From assembly GCA_964035545.1 (NCBI GenBank), contig OZ037766.1, forward strand, positions 22,246,767 to 22,310,766: a DNA stretch of 64,000 nucleotides, in the 5' to 3' direction. The position numbers and the translations under genes were made by a program. The stretch comes from Bugula neritina. Its lineage: Eukaryota > Animalia > Bryozoa. Within the stretch, counting starts at the first letter, position 1, and each line of letters opens with the position of its first letter. Positions 58,645-64,000 of this stretch are shown in pieces. Under the pieces are notes generated by a model, which was not told the origin of the DNA, searched no databases, and saw nothing but the letters and a program-made list of their open reading frames with translations.

Positions 58645-61600
58645 TCAATTATTTCCGATACAGGAATATAGTGAAAGCAGATGGAAGGTGAATGACAGCT
58701 ACCACACAGACAATCCGACACCAAGGAAACAGAGTGTATAACAGAAACTATATTGTTGACTATTGCTTCTACAAAGCATTAATTTGCTAATAACTGCCAA
58801 GTGTGTGTGTATAAAATATATAATTGCACAATTGGCTGAGACATTTGACGATTGCTGTGAAAAGATTAGCTATTTATAAGATAGTCAAGTAGTGATGATA
58901 AGTCGAGAGGGAGGCCATCTTTTACCAAGATAATATAATTATAATGTTTCAATATTTATGCTGTGTGTGCCTTGTTTTGATAAACAAAAACATATGGGAT
59001 GCCATGAAAGCTACAGAAGATGCACTCCCAGATATAATGTTAAGTGTTGCACACCTTTAAACTTTATTCTTGCTGGTTTAAGTTTAAGAGGCTACTTAGG
59101 TTTTTCAATTTAGCCATGCACTATATTAAGTGAGCTATACAAGAGTTTGGGTCACTGTGCTGCTGTAAGGTTTAGTCTGAAATTGTCATCATAGATAATA
59201 TTCAATGTTTGTCAAGTTGTTTTTATGCTTTTATGCCTCGGCTTCATGCACATTATGCATGACAGCATCATAACCTGTTTGCGTTATTTTTTAATAAATT
59301 TTTAGAGCACAACATTGCAAAAATTTCAAAAACAATAAATAAGATTTATTTTTTATTTTCTTGGTATCTGAAAATAAATGCAACTGTTTATATTTTAAAA
59401 TTTCTTATTTAGTAAAATGAACTATACAATTTATTAATTAATGATAGTAGTTGCAAGAGTCAGATATTGTAAAATTTGCTGTAAAATTTATCACAGAATA
59501 AACCTTACAATGGATGAGTGTAATTTCTTAGTGTAATATATAACGCACAACAATCATTTAAATTTACAAATAACACACTTTTTAACACGTGAAAGTAGCC
59601 TGTATTATATATATAACAGCAAAATTTTGTAAATTCGTTTATCAAACTTTTCCTAACTGACAAACTGTATGTCTCTGTGAACGGAACTCTCAACTAATTT
59701 AATGTGTCACGCAAATAACAAGCAAAACTCAAAGACTAAGAATACCTACTAAATTGACGTTCTAGTAAGGGTGTCTAGAATAGATGCATATTATTTGAAG
59801 ACAGTTATATTTATGAATCTGAGTCTACAGATATACATTTTGTTCACAGACAAATGGAGGAGACATAGACATGGTAATTGCTAAATAATTCCATTCACTT
59901 GTATCACACTTACAAGTTTTGTTCTTGTTTTTATGAAGGCAGTAAGACTACTTGAATTGTTTATAAATAATGACTGGTACTTGAATAGTGATTGGGTGTT
60001 TGCATGACTTGCTACGAGTAATTCTGGTAATTCACATTTACCAGCCAATCTCGTGTAATATTTTAGGCATGGAACGGAGTTACTGAAAGGTAATAATAGC
60101 TCAAGTAGCATATTACCAGCAGCATGTCATGCTGTATTAATTTTAGTCTGCAAAAAGTGGTTATTAGTAGTACTATTGGGTTGTCAGCTCTGCAAATTAC
60201 CAAAATTACCAACACTGTTCTTCTGTAATGGCAGCGAATGTCAGACAAGGCAAGCTGTCATGTGTTTAATTTTTATGCTGAGACTTGACTTCTCAAAACA
60301 GATGACTCATAGGAGACTGAGTCATTGTATTATTTTGTTGATTATAACGCAAAGCTGTGTTGATTAAAATCTGGATTGGTATATAATTGTAGGAAGGCTA
60401 TTTTCTTGAAAATTTTTGTAAATTCTCTTTATCTATGAATATCATAAGCAATATTATATTGAATAAAGCATTTAAAACTAAATTAATGATGCTGAAACTG
60501 GTACTCTTTAAACAGTTTTTTTGTGGTAGAACACTCCGTAAATGCACAGATTAATAATTGCTAGCCAACTGTATGGTAAGAGTCTACTTCAAGATTTAAG
60601 CCACACGGAGTGTATGCAATAATAATTGAATTCCTTCCTATATATATATCATATAAATTATAATACAGAAGTCATTAAGTCATAACATGTCACATAGTAC
60701 AAGAGTCATCCAGTTATCATTAATCAGAATGGCAATTATTTCATTTAAATTTTATAATTTTGAATTTATCAGAACAATTCAATGCAAATTTATAAATTTT
60801 AGTTGTTGGGCAATTTTAGGAGTGCATATAGTTTCAACAGAAGCAATTACAACCACATAAGCATACTTATTTGTTTTTAGCATCATTTGACCATAATTGA
60901 ATTGTACTTTTAATTTAATAGGTGAATCCTAATTATATACACACATGCTCCAACGCACACAGCTAGAATTTTTCTTTAAAGTGGCCTGAGCCAGTATTCT
61001 TTACAACTGGAACATGCAGTTCAGCAGAAGAAATTGTTGCACAAACTTTTATCATTTTAACCACAACATTGCTAACATTATATCAGTTTGTAGCACATTT
61101 CAACTGATTACACCATTACATAAACAAACATAAACAACATATTTAACAATTAAAAGCATGTAAATCAGCTTTATTCCAAAAATTGATGTTGAAAATAAAA
61201 AGTAAGGAAATTTGCAAAGGCATGTATCTATGCCATCATATGTGCTCTTACATGGTTCAATATCCAATAACGAACACTAGGTTAATCCCCCACCTAAGTT
61301 TATTAACGTGTTTCGCTAAAACAACCCAGAATTGTGTAAAACTTACAGTCATTGTCTTTGTTATAAGCGCATTAGCAGTTGCGTAAGAAGTTTTAATTAA
61401 CAGAAATATTTTTCGGGCTCAATAGAAAATTATACATTTTTAATATACAACTTTTTTAAGGTTGACATTGCAGATGCTGGTAGCATTAAAACTTAGAAAT
61501 TGCTAATGATATATTGATTCTGAGAAGAAAGTGAAGTGTATATAATAACGGAATTAACAACACCACATTAACATTCCAAGACCCGATAATTATATTGTTA

Positions 61601-61805
61601 TATAAAAAAACGCATACAGCACCTTAACATGTTACATAATATTTAGATTATAAAGCTCTGAGGAGAAAGTTGTAAAAAGTATACTATTCGAAGAAAAGGA
61701 ATTTCTAGCCACTTTACTTATTAACAATCATTGTAATACATTTGTCTATAATATTCAGGCAAAGGAGTTGTCTGCTACTTTTAAAGTTGATAGTTGACAC
61801 AGCAG

Positions 61806-63543
61806 CTATTTTTTGGAGTTGTCCATTACTTGATTGTACTGGTTGGTCCACTTGGGTGTTCTTTTCTCAACAAAAGCCGCAATACCTTCCTGGCAGTCCA
61901 CAAGAGCTGTGTTTTCCACCATAGTGTTTGTTGTGAGGCTGTAAAATATTCTACTTTTGGAAAGTTTCGTGTTGACGATAAAATGTTTACAATTCAAGTA
62001 AAGGATGTAAACTACATTATACGGGGACTTGAAATTAACGAATTATATTTCCATAGCTAGGACTACAAACCAAGTGCTGATAACTTACCAGTAAGCTGCA
62101 TCTCTGTCCAACTTCATTTGCTCATTGAAAGCGGCTTTCCCCAGAGATATGACGGGCTTGCTCTTAGAGCAGATCTTCTGAGCTATGGATAACGTCTAAT
62201 AAAACATCAAATATAGGTTTTTTTCGTACAACACCAAGAATACTGCTGTACAGTTTAGTACAAGAGTGAGTAATTCTCATCTAAACAATAACTGATATGA
62301 CTCACGGTTGCTTCCAGTTTATCTTCAGGAGTGACTCGACTGATTAGTCCATATAGCAGTGCTTCTGTAACAAAATGCATTGCTTGTGTAAGTACATCAC
62401 TTGGCAGTAGTGTGAAGGAATTTATGTATCAAATATGTATTTAATAAAGCAGGGCATTTACATGTAACTCGCAACAACTAAAGCTACAAAATACATTTTC
62501 AAATGTTTATTGTAATTTAAAGCAAAAGCTACAAGCATATATGTCAGCTACAAATATCATGTCTTGCTAATTAAGTTAAACACATGTTTACCTTGAGCTG
62601 ATATGGGTTCTCCAGTGAACAGCATCTCCATTGCCACCTTCCTTGGTATACAGCGTCCCACAGCTACAGCTGGTGTTGAGCAGAACAAACCGACATGTAC
62701 TCTGGAATATCACCAACATAGCCAGTCATATACAAAGTGTTATGGGTATAGAGAAGCACTAAAAGGTGAAATAATCTAATTTATTACATAACAGAGTAAC
62801 CAAACAAATTCTTTGTTATACAATTAGTTGAAACATTTTTTTTAAAATAAATCTAAATGAACAAGATTTGGTAGCAAAGTTTTTTCTAAATTTTACCTTG
62901 ATGATGGTCATTTTATTTTGTGATTCAAAGTCTTTAAAAAATATTGTTATTGTTTTTGCTAAAAGTGCCAATAAATCTTAATAGCATTAAATTACTACTT
63001 TTTATGTGCAACATCTTGGTTAAATACTTACTGCTGTTGCTTGCCCATAAAAATAACACACTTACTCTGTGAAGCTTGTGACTTCCCAAACCTATCCAAT
63101 ACAACTTCTCCAGTATATTACCAAAGGACAGTCATACACTATAAGCAGCATACCGATAGCCTTACTTACCCAGGAGTAGCAAATCTAGACGTTTCTGATG
63201 CAACAGCGATGTCACAGCTAGCTACAAGCTGGCAGCCAGCAGCAGTAGCTAAACCTAGAGATTAATTACACACTGAATAAAGGAATGATATGTAAAGGAA
63301 ACCAGATAAGTGAAAACTAGCAATTATTCATTTTTTTATTTCATCAACATAATATTTAGAGAAAAAAGATACTATTTAAATATGTAAAGGAAGTGATGTT
63401 TACTGTCTACTTGAGCTATAACAAACAATATACTTACCGTTTACCTGAGCTATAACAGGTACAGGTAAATCCTGAACCAACTTCATCAACTCTGAACATT
63501 TTTCAAATATTTCTCTGTGCAGATCAGTTCCCTTATTGTGTGT
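61806..63543 (-). CDS. ECHDC3: Enoyl-CoA hydratase domain-containing protein 3, 5' exons beyond window end
   Basis: Exons (-): 63438-63543 ([11 protein letters not shown]), 63170-63254 ([19 protein letters not shown]...FATPG), 62592-62701 ([33 protein letters not shown]), 62306-62364, 62089-62195, 61806-61938 ([15 protein letters not shown]). Confidence 0.95.
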
Positions 63544-64000
63544 CTAACAGGAAACAGTCACAATACTGTATCATACTATATTATGAGCATAGAATATAGA
63601 ACATTATTAGCTAGTTGTGTATATAGTCAAAGCAACCTTTCGACTTATCACACGAATGATTACACTTATAAGTTATCATAGTAACATGTATGTACAGTAT
63701 GTCAGGCTTGGTGTCTCTTTAATTTATTATACTGTAAGTGAATTTACTTTGGAAGCATAAAAAATTTGTTAATAAAATTTTGAATTCAAAATAACCTAAA
63801 AAGCCAGCCAAAGTGCATCAAACTTCGCACCAGGTAACAAATAATTTATAGTGGTAAGTTCAATAAGAACTTTATAAAAATGTAGAAAGTTTAATCTTCA
63901 TACAACGCCAAGGGAGACGAATCATATGGATCTACTAATTACATAGTTTACAATTATACAGAAACCTTCACCACAATGCAGTTTGCAATATACTAAAACA

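Noticed and set aside
58970-58995. Forkhead-like TAAACA sites upstream of FoxQ2 (autoregulation)
   Set aside because: Expected by chance at this AT content.

Overview
This is AT-rich, intron-containing animal genomic DNA. The gene content suggests an invertebrate, probably a lophotrochozoan (inference only). I rebuilt seven spliced genes exon by exon with phase-consistent GT-AG introns: FBXO9 (-, 3' end outside the window), ribophorin II/RPN2 (-), a FUT10/11-type GT10 fucosyltransferase (-), an OSBPL3/6/7-type oxysterol-binding protein (+), a class A peptide-type GPCR (-), a FoxQ2-type forkhead factor with a C-terminal eh1 motif (-), and ECHDC3 (-, 5' end outside the window). Mobile DNA includes a truncated CR1/L2-group LINE, decayed RTE-like remnants, a 701-bp TTAA-flanked piggyBac-type non-autonomous element and several foldback/MITE-like hairpins. 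The most unusual signal is a set of 0.6-0.9 kb tracts with 6-bp periodicity (ACT/AGT core, changing spacer, orientation flips). They sit next to the inferred 5' ends of the four housekeeping-type genes and are absent near the GPCR and FoxQ2 genes. Two tandem repeats also duplicate real splice junctions (an RPN2 acceptor and an FBXO9 donor), and every decoy site leads to a premature stop. No rRNA, tRNA, CRISPR or prokaryotic system is present. All coordinates were read by eye.
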